From contig CAVWUU010000004.1 in NCBI GenBank assembly GCA_963758295.1, forward strand, positions 384,001 through 448,000: DNA of 64,000 bases. The letters are read 5' to 3'. This stretch comes from Candidatus Eremiobacteria bacterium (GTDB lineage Bacteria; Vulcanimicrobiota; Vulcanimicrobiia; Vulcanimicrobiales; Vulcanimicrobiaceae). The notes under the pieces were generated by a model. That model was not told the origin of the DNA, ran no database searches, and saw only the letters and a program-made list of their open reading frames with translations. Every line of letters begins with the position of its first letter. Within the stretch, counting starts at the first letter, position 1. Shown in pieces: positions 1 through 9,735 of this stretch. A program made the translations under genes and the position numbers.

Positions 1-2
1 CT

Positions 3-413
3 TGCACGAACACCAGCTCTCGACGTCCGCGTCCGTTCACGACAACGACGACGTTTGCGATGGATCCGGACGGCTATTGGATCGATCAAACTAGCACCTC
101 GCAAGGCGTTCCGTGGTTCCCGCATCCGACTACGACGAACGACAAAATCACGTACGATACGCAGATGAAACGCTGGGTCGACGTGAGTTACGGCACGCTC
201 GGCGGGTACGGTTACTCCGTTTCTGCACCCGGTTCAACGCCGGCACGTATCGTTTGGCACGATATGAGCGGCACGACGGGCGATCCAACTGTCGCAACGC
301 AAAACGACATCGTGCAGACGCAAGAAAGTCCAACGCACGTCGTTCAAAAATCGGACTTCAAAGAAACGAGCGGGCGGACCGTTTCATTTGTAACGGATTG
401 CAAGAAACAATAA
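3..413 (+). CDS. Hypothetical, probably secreted protein (5'-truncated at window edge)
   Basis: Frame of ORF 60..413 is open back to base 3 (CTNTSSRRPRPFTTTTTFAMDPDGYW...); followed by an intrinsic terminator. Confidence 0.6.
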   Translation, partial: CTNTSSRRPRPFTTTTTFAMDPDGYWIDQTSTSQGVPWFPHPTTTNDKITYDTQMKRWVDVSYGTLGGYGYSVSAPGSTPARIVWHDMSGTTGDPTVATQNDIVQTQESPTHVVQKSDFKETSGRTVSFVTDCKKQ

Positions 414-433
414 ACTCGTTGCTGCGCAAGAAC

Positions 434-464
434 GAAGGCCCGCAAAGCGAGGCCTTCTTTTTTT
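434..464 (+). terminator. Intrinsic terminator
   Basis: GAAGGCCCGC-AAA-GCGAGGCCTTC hairpin followed by a T7 tract. Confidence 0.75.
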
Positions 465-505
465 GGATCTTAGAAGCAGCCGTCGCGAAGCCTTAAACGG
501 GCTGG

Positions 506-1363
506 TTAAATATCGCGTGTTTGAAAAGAAAGGGCGCATGCGGTGAGCGCAACGGCAAGCCAAGCGCAACACCACCACAGAAAGGCCGTGGCCGGCGGCC
601 CTGCGGGAAAGAACGGGTTTGAGCTTCCGGCGTTCCCGCCCGCATTTGTCGCGATGAGGATGGCCGGCTGCATCGCAAAAGCCGCAGCGCGCCAAAGGCC
701 GTCGGTGGGAATCAACAAACTAACGACTACGGTGGAAGTCTGAAGCGTGCCGTTGTGCAGCGCCCCTGCAATGTCCCCGATGACGCCGCTTATCCAAGCA
801 ATGCCGAAGAGCACGACCGTCGCGAAGCCGGCCGCCAGCGCCGAAATCCGCACGCTTAACACCATCGTCAACGTGAGCAGTATGGCGCTTTCCGCAATCA
901 GGAAGCCGACGGCGATGAATGGATGAGGTGGGAAATACCCCGTCATCGCCTTCACCGCACCGAATTCTGCAAACGCAATGAAAAACGCGTATCCGCCGAT
1001 GAGGACGAGGTTGCCAAGCCATTTTCCGGCGACAATTTCGAGACGGCGCAGCGGCCGCGGGACGATGGCCAAGAGCGTTCCGTTTTCGATTTCATTCCCC
1101 GTCGAAAGCGAGCCCAGAAACGAAGCTCCTAGAGCCAATACAAAGCTGAACATGAAGGCCATCATGACTTCGAGTTGACTCGAAGCCGTAAGGACGCTCG
1201 AGTGCGCGACCGGTTTCCCGTTCGATGTGTGAAGCGTTGCAAGCGCATGGAAGCCCCAGGCGGTGAGCGCGACAAGCGCGACACTAACGATGATGAGCGT
1301 CAGCACCAGCTTTCGCCTCGACGATTCACGAATCGTGAGCGATGCTATCAATAGCACGTTCAT
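506..1363 (-). CDS. ABC-2 type transporter permease
   Basis: About 6 hydrophobic segments; EIENGTLLAIVPRPLRRLEIVAGKWLG ABC2 motif; start set at MNVLLIAS. Confidence 0.85.
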   Translation of the reverse strand: MNVLLIASLTIRESSRRKLVLTLIIVSVALVALTAWGFHALATLHTSNGKPVAHSSVLTASSQLEVMMAFMFSFVLALGASFLGSLSTGNEIENGTLLAIVPRPLRRLEIVAGKWLGNLVLIGGYAFFIAFAEFGAVKAMTGYFPPHPFIAVGFLIAESAILLTLTMVLSVRISALAAGFATVVLFGIAWISGVIGDIAGALHNGTLQTSTVVVSLLIPTDGLWRAAAFAMQPAILIATNAGGNAGSSNPFFPAGPPATAFLWWCCAWLAVALTACALSFQTRDI

Positions 1364-2219
1364 GAACGTTGTTACTCCCGACAATTTCAAGAAACCGCTC
1401 TTCGAGCGTCTGGCGAAGTGGAATGACGGAAACAATCTGCGCTCCGCGGGCAACATAACTAGCGACTATCTCCGGAATCCGCAGCGCCGGTACGTCTTCC
1501 ACGAGCACTGACTCGCCGTTGGCAAACGATATCCGAACGCCCGGTTTGCCGAGCAACTCGTCGAGCTTTCCCATTGCGCGGATTCGTCCATCGAGAATCA
1601 CGGCGATCGAGTCGCTTACCGATTCGACTTCCGTGAGCAGGTGGGAATTCAAGAAAACCGTCGTGCCACGCGCCTTGAGCTCTGCCAGCAATGCGCGCAC
1701 GTCGGCACGGCCTACGGGATCGAGCGCGGATGTCGGCTCGTCCAACACGATGAGTTCCGGCGATCCTAAAACGGCTACGCCGAGCCCCAATCGCTGCTGC
1801 ATGCCTTTCGAGAACGCGGCGATCCGTTCGCGAGCACGCCCCGCTAATCCGACGCGCGATAAAACATCGTCGATTTCGCGACTCCGCGAGCGACGCGGAA
1901 TGCGTAGCACTGCCGCATGCCATCGTAGGATCTCTTCGGCCGTGAGCCATTCCTGATAGCGAAAGAGTTCCGGCAAATAGCCGGTCCGCTTTCGCGCGTC
2001 AAGCGATCCCAGACGCTCGCCTAAGATCGCCGCGTCCCCGGCACTTGGATACACGAGGCCGAGCAGCATCTTTACGGCCGTCGTTTTGCCCGCACCGTTT
2101 GGGCCGAGGAAACCAAAGACCTCGCCACGCGCGACGCGCATGGTGAGGTCGTTCACCGCGCAACGGTCCCCGTAAAATTTTGTGAACCCGCGCGTTTCGA
2201 TGGCGTAGCTTGCGCTCAC
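1326..2219 (-). CDS. ABC transporter ATP-binding protein
   Basis: Walker A GPNGAGKTT, signature FSKGMQQR, Walker B IVLDEP, H-loop NSHLL. Confidence 0.95.
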   Translation of the reverse strand: MSASYAIETRGFTKFYGDRCAVNDLTMRVARGEVFGFLGPNGAGKTTAVKMLLGLVYPSAGDAAILGERLGSLDARKRTGYLPELFRYQEWLTAEEILRWHAAVLRIPRRSRSREIDDVLSRVGLAGRARERIAAFSKGMQQRLGLGVAVLGSPELIVLDEPTSALDPVGRADVRALLAELKARGTTVFLNSHLLTEVESVSDSIAVILDGRIRAMGKLDELLGKPGVRISFANGESVLVEDVPALRIPEIVASYVARGAQIVSVIPLRQTLEERFLEIVGSNNVHERAIDSIAHDS

Positions 2220-3355
2220 GGTTTCAGGGAATCGGCGACTCGCATGATCTCGTCGGCCGTAAATGCGCCGGCGACTGAATAGATTATGTTATGGCTCTGC
2301 CACACCACGATGCTCCCGATGCCCGTGTTGTCCCCGATCAACAAGCCTTGGGCACCCTGGATGTTTACGGCGCGCGCCGTTTCTTTCGAAACTACGATCG
2401 GGACGGGCAACGTTGAGGACGGGTCTGAAATGGCGCGGATCTGCGCCTTCACGTTCTCCGGAACCTCGGGTAACGACAAGAGGTACGACTCGATTTGTGC
2501 CGGGTTTCCCGTAGTCGAACGAACGGCCGGGACAGGCGCTTGCGCGATGACGATGGTGTTCTCCGGCAGGTGATGGTCGCGACGAACTCTCGAAACGGCG
2601 GTTTTGTCCGGAACTTCCCCGTACGACTGGACGATGACGGGACCGACGGTGGCCGTTAACGTGGCGCCGTCGATCTGCGGCGGAACCGGCGGTAGCTTTG
2701 CGTGTGCGCGTGCCGCGGCGGCAGCCGCCTTTCGGCGATCGAAGGTGAAACTCACGCGGTTTTGCTGCGAAACCCGGTACGTTGGCGCGGTTGGGACCTT
2801 CGCCGGCAAGTATGCCGGACGCAGAACCGTCTGATGCGCGGCATTCACCGCCGAATCCCACGACTTAAACGTGCTTACGCCGCGGTCGCGCGTAGCCCGC
2901 ACCGTTCCGAATTCCCGCAGTTCCGGAATCGTGCGCATTCGATCCAGGTCCGCCTGCGATACCGAAATCGGCGTGAAGTGGCGCGGCTCGAAAATCGTGA
3001 GAAAATTGGCCGCGTGTGCCCGGAACGGCGCGTACGACAAGAGGCCGGCGATTACGAGAGCGGCTGCAGCAGCCACCGCCCATTGCGGCATCCGCGAGCG
3101 TCGCCCGGCCTTCGTTTCGGTACTCCGCCCGCGATTCGAGGTTACGGCGCGTTGCAATATGCGTTCGCGCGCGCCTCGCATATCGACGGACCGGCTGTCG
3201 GCAAGCGCGCGTCCGGCGCAGACGGCATTGGCGCTCAGTTCTTCCAAGCGTGCGCGGCAACGGCCGCAATTCAACAAATGTTCTTTCTCGTACGAAAGCA
3301 ACGCGTCGGGATTATCGACGTAGTCACGGAGAACGGCATCAGCGAGATGAGACAC
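2216..3355 (-). CDS. Membrane-anchored zinc-finger (zf-HC2) anti-sigma factor with extracytoplasmic domain
   Basis: N-terminal H...HLLNCGRC (HxxxCxxC), one TM helix, large C-terminal domain; immediately downstream of the ECF sigma; GTG start. Confidence 0.8.
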   Translation of the reverse strand: MSHLADAVLRDYVDNPDALLSYEKEHLLNCGRCRARLEELSANAVCAGRALADSRSVDMRGARERILQRAVTSNRGRSTETKAGRRSRMPQWAVAAAAALVIAGLLSYAPFRAHAANFLTIFEPRHFTPISVSQADLDRMRTIPELREFGTVRATRDRGVSTFKSWDSAVNAAHQTVLRPAYLPAKVPTAPTYRVSQQNRVSFTFDRRKAAAAAARAHAKLPPVPPQIDGATLTATVGPVIVQSYGEVPDKTAVSRVRRDHHLPENTIVIAQAPVPAVRSTTGNPAQIESYLLSLPEVPENVKAQIRAISDPSSTLPVPIVVSKETARAVNIQGAQGLLIGDNTGIGSIVVWQSHNIIYSVAGAFTADEIMRVADSLKP

Positions 3356-3839
3356 GGCTAAGCTCCTTTTTGAACGCCGCTTCAGCACGAACGAGCGTTA
3401 TGCCGACGCGCTCCACCGGAACGTCCAATATTTGAGAGATCTCTTTATAGGGAAGGCCGTTGTGCCGCAAACACAAAACCGCCGCGTACTGCGGGTTCAG
3501 GCGGCGTAACGCGCGCTGCACCAACTCCACGTCTTCGCTTCGCTCCGCCGCCTCATCCGGACGTAGAGGTTCTTGGGCGAGGGAGAAGCTGCGTTCACGC
3601 CGGCTTCTATTGCGGTCGCGCTTAACTAAGTCTAGCGCTCGATGAACGGCGACGCGGTAGAGCCAGTGCCGCGCACGATCGGGATCCGACACGCCGGCGG
3701 AAAACAAAGCGGCGAAAGTCTCTTGGGCGACGTCGTCGGCGGCAGCGGGTCCGACGATGCGGCGCGCCACGGAGAGCACCCCCCGGTACTCTTTGGAAAA
3801 CAGCGTCTCGAAAAGCGGCTGCTCGATAGACTGTTGCAT
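3339..3839 (-). CDS. ECF RNA polymerase sigma factor
   Basis: Region 2 ADDVAQETF...WLYRVAVHRALD; region 4 GLPYKEISQILDVPVERVGITLVRA; start at MQQSIEQ. Confidence 0.92.
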   Translation of the reverse strand: MQQSIEQPLFETLFSKEYRGVLSVARRIVGPAAADDVAQETFAALFSAGVSDPDRARHWLYRVAVHRALDLVKRDRNRSRRERSFSLAQEPLRPDEAAERSEDVELVQRALRRLNPQYAAVLCLRHNGLPYKEISQILDVPVERVGITLVRAEAAFKKELSRVSSR

Positions 3840-3850
3840 TCTATCGAGTG

Positions 3851-3878
3851 ATACGACGCGCCCCCGTGATTTATTACA
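3851..3878 (-). promoter_or_regulatory. Putative autoregulatory ECF promoter
   Basis: TGTAAT-N17-CGTA on the minus strand just upstream of the sigma ATG; resembles SigW/SigX-type elements. Confidence 0.5.
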
Positions 3879-4083
3879 CCCGCCCGCGGCCGATTTCCAA
3901 CTTTTGACCGGCCCGAAGAGAAATGGACCTCGCCATGCGCTCCAGCGTCCTTGCGCGCCCATTGGCTTCAATCCATGAGACGACGCCCAAGCGCATCACT
4001 GACAACGACACGAAGCTAAATAAGTGCTGCTATCCCAAAACGGCGCACATTGCGCGATCGTCGCTCCGAGGAATTGAACGGCG

Positions 4084-4545
4084 TTACGGTTGTTGCGGCG
4101 GCGGGCTCGGCCGATGCCCGTTGAGCATCAGCAAGAACCGCCCCGCGTCGGGAGCGCGGCGCTGAGCTGCGCCCGGAGGTCCACCCGGTCCACCGGGGCC
4201 GCCGTCGTTATTGCGCGCAGCCATCGCGGCGTGCATCGCGTCGCGCATCTTTTGCATTTGTCCGAGAACGGCTTGTTGTTCTTGCGGCGTTAGAATGCGG
4301 TCGATCTGCTTCGACGCATCTTCGCGCGAGAGCGATCCGTTCTCGACCTGCGACACGATCGCTTGAACTTTGGCGCGATGATCCGCGCTGAGCGCGTTCA
4401 TGGCATTGTTCTTAGCGTCGGTGCGCGCTTGTTCCATTTGTGCGCGAACTTCCGGAGGCGGACCGTCGCCCGGGAACTGTTGGGCCGGCGCCGCGACCGG
4501 CAGCGCAAAGAGCGCTAGAGCTAAAGCGGGGAGCAGTTTCTTCAT
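4084..4545 (-). CDS. Spy/CpxP-like periplasmic protein
   Basis: Signal peptide MKKLLPALALALFALPVAAPA; ILTPQEQQ (LTxxQ-like) motif; downstream of the two-component system. Confidence 0.65.
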   Translation of the reverse strand: MKKLLPALALALFALPVAAPAQQFPGDGPPPEVRAQMEQARTDAKNNAMNALSADHRAKVQAIVSQVENGSLSREDASKQIDRILTPQEQQAVLGQMQKMRDAMHAAMAARNNDGGPGGPGGPPGAAQRRAPDAGRFLLMLNGHRPSPPPQQP

Positions 4546-4546
4546 G

Positions 4547-5956
4547 CTACGATGCTAAGCTAGGGGTCTGGGGAAGTGTTGGGACTGCCGGCAAGGCGAT
4601 GATGCATCGCAAGCCGCCCCCATCGCGGTTTTCTACGGTAATTCGTCCGCCGGCGCGTTCGACGCTGCGCCGAACGATAGCAAGCCCCAGACCCGTTCCC
4701 ACCGTGCCGTGACTCGTTTCACCGCGATAGAAGCGATCGAAGACCCGCGTGCGATCGTTTTCGCTTAGGCCCGGACCGTTGTCTTCGACGATGATTTGCG
4801 CATCGTTATCGCGAGTTTGCACGCGCACCGCTACGTTGCTTCCCGGCGCGTACTTCAGCGCGTTATCAACGAGCGCAGATACCGCGCTGAAGAGTTCCGT
4901 TTCGGCTCCCAGCACGTACACGTCGTCAGGCGCATCAACGAAGGTCATCCGACCGGAACCAAGACCCTTGAACGAGGCGACGACGCTCGAAATGAGCGCG
5001 TTGAGTTCCAGGGCCGACGTTTGCTCGGTTTTGGCGTGTTCCAGCCTCGCAAGCACGATCAGGTCGTCGATGAGGGCTTTCATACGCCGGCTTTCATCCA
5101 GCATCCGATGCACGGTGGCGGGATCGACCGGCCGGCCGTCGCGCGATGCGAGCGCGCTCAAATGGCCCATTACGACGGTAAGCGGCGTGCGAAGCTGATG
5201 CCCGGCATCCGCGACGAATTGGCGCATCTCTGCTTCGGCCTTCGAACGCTCGTCGAAAGCAAACGTAATCTGCTCGACGGCCCCGTTATACGCTCGCGCG
5301 AGCTGTCCGAGTTCGCTTCGATCGTCCGTGTCCACGGACTGCGGCGTAAAATCGCCGCCGGCAAACCGTTGCAACGCATGCGTCGTGCGCAGAAGCGGCG
5401 CAAGCGCATGCGCGGCGATTACTTCGGCAATGCGCCATGCAACAAAGAGCACGATGGCAATAAAAATGCCCGATGCAAGTGCAAAACGCGAAACGAAGAG
5501 ATTGATGCGATCCGGATCGACGAAAAGAAAGAAGTCGAGGTTCTTGGCACGCACGTGCTCCGGCCGGACATTTAGCTCCAAGAGTCCCGCGATCGGCGAA
5601 AGCTTGAAGTTTCGGTCCCCGAAGAACGGACCACCGCCGCGCGGCGGAGGCGGCGCGCCCGGGCCGCGCTTCATCATTGCGGGGTTCGGAAAAACGTGCG
5701 CCCTTACGGCGATACCCATCTCCGAGTAGCGGCGTTGCAACGTCGCTTGCAGATTCGCGGGGTCGTTTGAACCCGCCGCGCCGGAATTGACCGACGACTC
5801 GATCTGGCGCCCGGCGTAGGCGAGCATCTGGCGCGCGTTTGCGGAGTAGACTTGCACCAGCACGACCGCGGCTAACGCCACGAACGCGAGCGCGACGACG
5901 CCGGCGATGCAAACGTACCAGGTGATTAAGCGCGCGCGAAACGAGTTGGCAAACAC
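4547..5956 (-). CDS. HAMP-domain sensor histidine kinase
   Basis: 2 TM helices, HAMP, H-box DAGHQLRTPL, N-box LVDNALKY, G1 EDNGPG, G2 GTGLGLAI; GTG start. Confidence 0.95.
   Translation of the reverse strand: MFANSFRARLITWYVCIAGVVALAFVALAAVVLVQVYSANARQMLAYAGRQIESSVNSGAAGSNDPANLQATLQRRYSEMGIAVRAHVFPNPAMMKRGPGAPPPPRGGGPFFGDRNFKLSPIAGLLELNVRPEHVRAKNLDFFLFVDPDRINLFVSRFALASGIFIAIVLFVAWRIAEVIAAHALAPLLRTTHALQRFAGGDFTPQSVDTDDRSELGQLARAYNGAVEQITFAFDERSKAEAEMRQFVADAGHQLRTPLTVVMGHLSALASRDGRPVDPATVHRMLDESRRMKALIDDLIVLARLEHAKTEQTSALELNALISSVVASFKGLGSGRMTFVDAPDDVYVLGAETELFSAVSALVDNALKYAPGSNVAVRVQTRDNDAQIIVEDNGPGLSENDRTRVFDRFYRGETSHGTVGTGLGLAIVRRSVERAGGRITVENRDGGGLRCIIALPAVPTLPQTPSLAS
4552..4585 (-). promoter_or_regulatory. 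OmpR-family direct-repeat box plus -10 element (leaderless promoter of the Spy-like gene)
   Basis: GTCCCAA-N4-TCCCCAG-N10-TAGCAT-N6-ATG, same geometry as the site at 6648..6681. Confidence 0.55.
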
Positions 5957-5957
5957 G

Positions 5958-6641
5958 TTAGTCTGCGCGAAGCGAGTATCCCACACCGCGCACGGTGTGA
6001 ATCAGGGGATTTTTGTAGGGAGCGTCGACCTTGGAACGCAGATAAGAAATGTACGTTTCAACGGCATTTCCCGAGACTGCAACTTCCGAGCCCCAAACGA
6101 AGTCCATAAGTTGCTCGCGCGTGAAGACGCGGCGCGGCTGTCGTACCATGGTTACGAGCAAATCGAATTCGCGACGCGTTAGGGCAATAGGCTTGCCTTC
6201 ACGCGTAACGGTGTAGGAACGCAAATCGACGACCAGGTCCTGGTACGCGAGCGTTTCTCCATCGTCAAGCGCGGGCCGGCGCATCGCAGAACGAATGCGG
6301 GCGATCAATTCCGGCATCTCGAACGGCTTCGCGATGTATTGGTCGGCGCCGCGTTCGAGACCAAGCACTTTATCTTCGGTGCCGCCCTTCGCGCTCAAAA
6401 TGAAAATTGGCGCCTGCGTCAAGGCGCGATAGCGCGGGATGATCGAAATGCCGTCGACTTTTGGCATCATCACATCGAGCAGGATTAGGTCCGGCTCCCA
6501 TTCACGAATGACGGCAAGGCCCTCCAGCGCGTCGTTCGCTGAACGGACGTCGAAGCCGGCGTCACGTAATTCGGACTCAAGCAAGGCTCGAATGCCGGGC
6601 TCGTCGTCCACAACTGTAATGCGAGGTAACGTACCGTTCAT
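5958..6641 (-). CDS. OmpR/PhoB-family response regulator (MprA-like)
   Basis: Receiver VVDDE, LLDVMMP, AKPF; winged helix LTRREFDLL...IHTVRGVGY. Confidence 0.95.
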   Translation of the reverse strand: MNGTLPRITVVDDEPGIRALLESELRDAGFDVRSANDALEGLAVIREWEPDLILLDVMMPKVDGISIIPRYRALTQAPIFILSAKGGTEDKVLGLERGADQYIAKPFEMPELIARIRSAMRRPALDDGETLAYQDLVVDLRSYTVTREGKPIALTRREFDLLVTMVRQPRRVFTREQLMDFVWGSEVAVSGNAVETYISYLRSKVDAPYKNPLIHTVRGVGYSLRAD

Positions 6642-6647
6642 TGGAGC

Positions 6648-6694
6648 ACCCTAGCGAGCCACACTGAGAAGTGCTTGGGAATGCCGGCTGAGAA
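6648..6694 (-). promoter_or_regulatory. Autoregulatory direct-repeat box plus -10 element of the response regulator (leaderless)
   Basis: TTCTCAG...TTCCCAA-N4-TTCTCAG-N10-TAGGGT-N6-ATG. Confidence 0.55.
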
Positions 6695-6803
6695 GCTCTA
6701 CCGGGCGGATATCGGCGGCTCGCTTGCCGCCTTCAGGGCAGGCTTCGACGCACAGATTCAATCCGCTGTTTTCAACGGATCCCCGGAACTCGCTGCGCGT
6801 ACG

Positions 6804-7109
6804 CTACTCCGAGCGCTCTAAGGAATCGCGTTTGGCGCGCCGCTGAATCGCAAGCGCCACTTCTTCATCCGTACCATTAAGGCGCATGCCGGCGGCACGT
6901 GCCGAGCGCACGAATTCCACGATTTGTTCGATGGGAGCATTGCCCATTGCCGAGAGCGCCGCAGGGACGGCCGACCTCAACCGTTCTTCGGCGGGCCGTT
7001 CGGATTTAGGATCGGTCAAGGACGACGCAAGATGCACCAAGTCGACGAAAGCATCGCTGTCACTCATAGGTTCGGTTGATTCTACCCGTTCTCTTGAAGC
7101 GTTGGACAT
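6804..7109 (-). CDS. Hypothetical protein
   Basis: 101-aa ORF, last gene of a minus-strand run; no recognised motif. Confidence 0.5.
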   Translation of the reverse strand: MSNASRERVESTEPMSDSDAFVDLVHLASSLTDPKSERPAEERLRSAVPAALSAMGNAPIEQIVEFVRSARAAGMRLNGTDEEVALAIQRRAKRDSLERSE

Positions 7110-7584
7110 GGCTTAGAATAAACCGTCCGAACTCCACGCTCAAGAACGCCACGTTGTCGACGGTCAATTCGTGTGCGCCCGTGGAATCCAATGCAGCGGT
7201 TACGTCGCGTGCCTGCTCCTCGGAAACTCCCGATGCGAAGGTTACGTGAGGCAACCATTGCGCCGTTGCATAGCGCTCGTCCACGTGGTGCGCGTATGGC
7301 GCAAGAGCACCGACGATGCGATCGTGCATCTCCCGAAGCGCCGGATCTTCCCGCAGAAGTCCGACCACGGCAAACCGGTCGGTCGCAAAGACGTGAGCGC
7401 GAAGGACGCGTGCTTCGAACGGCTCGCATTCGGCAGCGATTCCGTCCAGCACGTCCGCTGCTTCAGCCCAATCGTATGCCGCCGCTACATGCCAGGTGAT
7501 GTGAAGGGGTGGCAACCGCGCGCCTTCGGGAACCCTAATGTCGTCGAAAAGGCCGTTTTCGAGGATGGTGGCCGTAGCGATCAC
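7060..7584 (-). CDS. 2H phosphoesterase / 2'-5' RNA ligase family protein
   Basis: Two HxT motifs: PLHITW and WLPHVTF. Confidence 0.8.
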   Translation of the reverse strand: MIATATILENGLFDDIRVPEGARLPPLHITWHVAAAYDWAEAADVLDGIAAECEPFEARVLRAHVFATDRFAVVGLLREDPALREMHDRIVGALAPYAHHVDERYATAQWLPHVTFASGVSEEQARDVTAALDSTGAHELTVDNVAFLSVEFGRFILSHVQRFKRTGRINRTYE

Positions 7585-9698
7585 GCGCGCTCGGATTGGC
7601 GGCGCGGAATATCGAGCTCGGCGCGCGTTTCGTTCACGCCTCCGAATAGACGCGTCACGTGAAAAGTCCGTGCGAGCAATCCGACGATGTAGAGTCCGCG
7701 GCCCGACTCGCTAAACGGATCTTCCGGCACCACGAGCGAGGCGTCGTATGGCGGTCCGTAATCCAACATAGCAATATCCGGATACTCACTGCTCCACGAG
7801 AGATGCAGTTCCACCGGACCGCTTGCGTGCCGTACCACGTTCCCGAGCAGCTCGCCAAGAACCAGCTCTGCGCCATCGTAGTTTGCGTCTTCGGTTCCGT
7901 ACGCTCGCAAAAATTCGGTAATGAACACGCGCAGATCGCGAGCCATCCGCGCATCGCGCGAATTGAACTTGATCTCCAGCACATCGCGCAGCCGCAGAAC
8001 GCTCGGCGGACTGTGCCCGCCGTCGAATTGGAGTGAAAGCAGCGCGACATCGTCGCGCGAACCGCTCGGTAAGAGCGCCTGTTGAATGTACCGTGCTGCG
8101 TCCAACCGGTACGATGGCAGCTGCGCGAAAACGCGTTTTGTCGCCTCTTCTCCGGCAATTGGATCTTGGGCCACTTCCGTCAGCCCGTCCGTATAGAGCA
8201 ACAACGTATCCCCCGGCAACATCCGGAACGTTACCGAGGAACGATTTTCGTCGTACGAGCGCAAACCGAGCGGCAAGCCATGACACGGCAGCGTGAGAAC
8301 GATACCGTCGGCGCGACGAACGAGCGGCGGCGGATGGCCTGCGCTCGCATAGATAAATTCGCCCGAATGGGGATCGAAAATGCCGACGATCGCGGTAACC
8401 AACGAATCGGGATGACGCCGCATCAACGCCATTTCCGCAACGTCGAGCAGTTTCACCGGATCCGTTTCGTAATACGAAAGGCCGGAGATCGTTTGGCGGA
8501 CTTTTCCCATGATCGCTGCAGCGGTGGTTCCACGGCCCGTGACGTCGCCGATCGAGACGGCGATTCGCCCGTCGGGAAGCTCAAAGGCATCGTACCAGTC
8601 TCCGCCGATCAACGCGCGATCATCACCGGGCGCGTACACTGCGTCGAACGTAAGGCCGGGTGCTTTCGGAAGCGTAGCCGGTAGCAACACTTCCTGGAAA
8701 ATCGTCGACGCGCGTTCGTGATGCGCGAAAAGTTCGGCATTCTGCAGCGCCGCGGCCGCCCGGCGTCCAATCTCTTCGAGCATTCGAAGGTCATCTTCGC
8801 TATACGCGTTTGGTGTGGCGGAGAGCGCTATGAGCACGCCGGCCATGCGGCTCTGACTGTTCATAGGGACGGCGATGTAACTCGCGATTCCGACCGCATC
8901 AACAATGGCTTGGGTGAACTTTTGATATTTGCCGTTGGTCCGCTCGACGATCGCCTCGCGATCGCCCACAAATTCCGCGCGATTGGTTTGCGCAACGCGA
9001 TTGGCCGTCTCGAAAAGTTGCGGCGTGATGCCATGGCGCGAGCGCAGCCGCTCGATCAAGGCGGCCTTATGCGGGTCTTGGTGCGTCATGCGTACCTGCT
9101 GCGGGCGCCCTTCTTCGTCGAGCGTCATCATTAAGAGCATCATGCACATCTGCGGCACCAACACCCGAGCCAACGCTTCAAAAATTGCCGCGGCGTTGAG
9201 CGCCTCCGAGAGTTCTTGCCCTATTGCCGCCAAAAGCCGAAGGCGTTGCGCGCTGCGTTCCTCCGACCGCCGCAGATCCGTGACGTCGAGAAAGCCCGCT
9301 ACGGCGCCGGAGAGCGTACCGTCCGCCTCGCGGATAGGTGCAGCGAAGGCCAGCACCGATATGCATCGCCCGTCGGGAAGCTCGAAGTCATAAGGTTCAC
9401 CGACCAGCTCTTCGCCCCGCGCCGCGCGCACCAGGGGCGCCTCATCGCGCAAGATTCGCCGGCCATTCCGGCGGACCACGTAGGGAGCCGTATGGAAATT
9501 GATCACGCGCTTCGATGACGCGATGCCCAAGAGGCGACGCAACGTCGAGTTGACGTACGCGCGCGTAACCTCCGGATCGAGCGCAACCAAAGCCGGGATC
9601 GGCAAAGCATCGACCAAAGCGACGACTTCGCGGGCGCTCCGCGGGGCTGGTTGATTCACTTCTGTGCCATACCCAACAGCGGCCCGCTTATGCGCCAC
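7581..9698 (-). CDS. PAS-GAF-SpoIIE (PP2C) phosphatase fused to an anti-sigma-type HATPase_c domain
   Basis: IGGDWYD, IGDVTGRG, SAGHPPPL, YTDGLTE, RDDVALL; C-terminal ELLGNVVRHA...ESGRGL; exact start uncertain. Confidence 0.9.
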   Translation of the reverse strand: MAHKRAAVGYGTEVNQPAPRSAREVVALVDALPIPALVALDPEVTRAYVNSTLRRLLGIASSKRVINFHTAPYVVRRNGRRILRDEAPLVRAARGEELVGEPYDFELPDGRCISVLAFAAPIREADGTLSGAVAGFLDVTDLRRSEERSAQRLRLLAAIGQELSEALNAAAIFEALARVLVPQMCMMLLMMTLDEEGRPQQVRMTHQDPHKAALIERLRSRHGITPQLFETANRVAQTNRAEFVGDREAIVERTNGKYQKFTQAIVDAVGIASYIAVPMNSQSRMAGVLIALSATPNAYSEDDLRMLEEIGRRAAAALQNAELFAHHERASTIFQEVLLPATLPKAPGLTFDAVYAPGDDRALIGGDWYDAFELPDGRIAVSIGDVTGRGTTAAAIMGKVRQTISGLSYYETDPVKLLDVAEMALMRRHPDSLVTAIVGIFDPHSGEFIYASAGHPPPLVRRADGIVLTLPCHGLPLGLRSYDENRSSVTFRMLPGDTLLLYTDGLTEVAQDPIAGEEATKRVFAQLPSYRLDAARYIQQALLPSGSRDDVALLSLQFDGGHSPPSVLRLRDVLEIKFNSRDARMARDLRVFITEFLRAYGTEDANYDGAELVLGELLGNVVRHASGPVELHLSWSSEYPDIAMLDYGPPYDASLVVPEDPFSESGRGLYIVGLLARTFHVTRLFGGVNETRAELDIPRRQSERA

Positions 9699-9735
9699 TT
9701 AATCATCGGGGCGGCCCTGCCGAAATACCCAAGGT

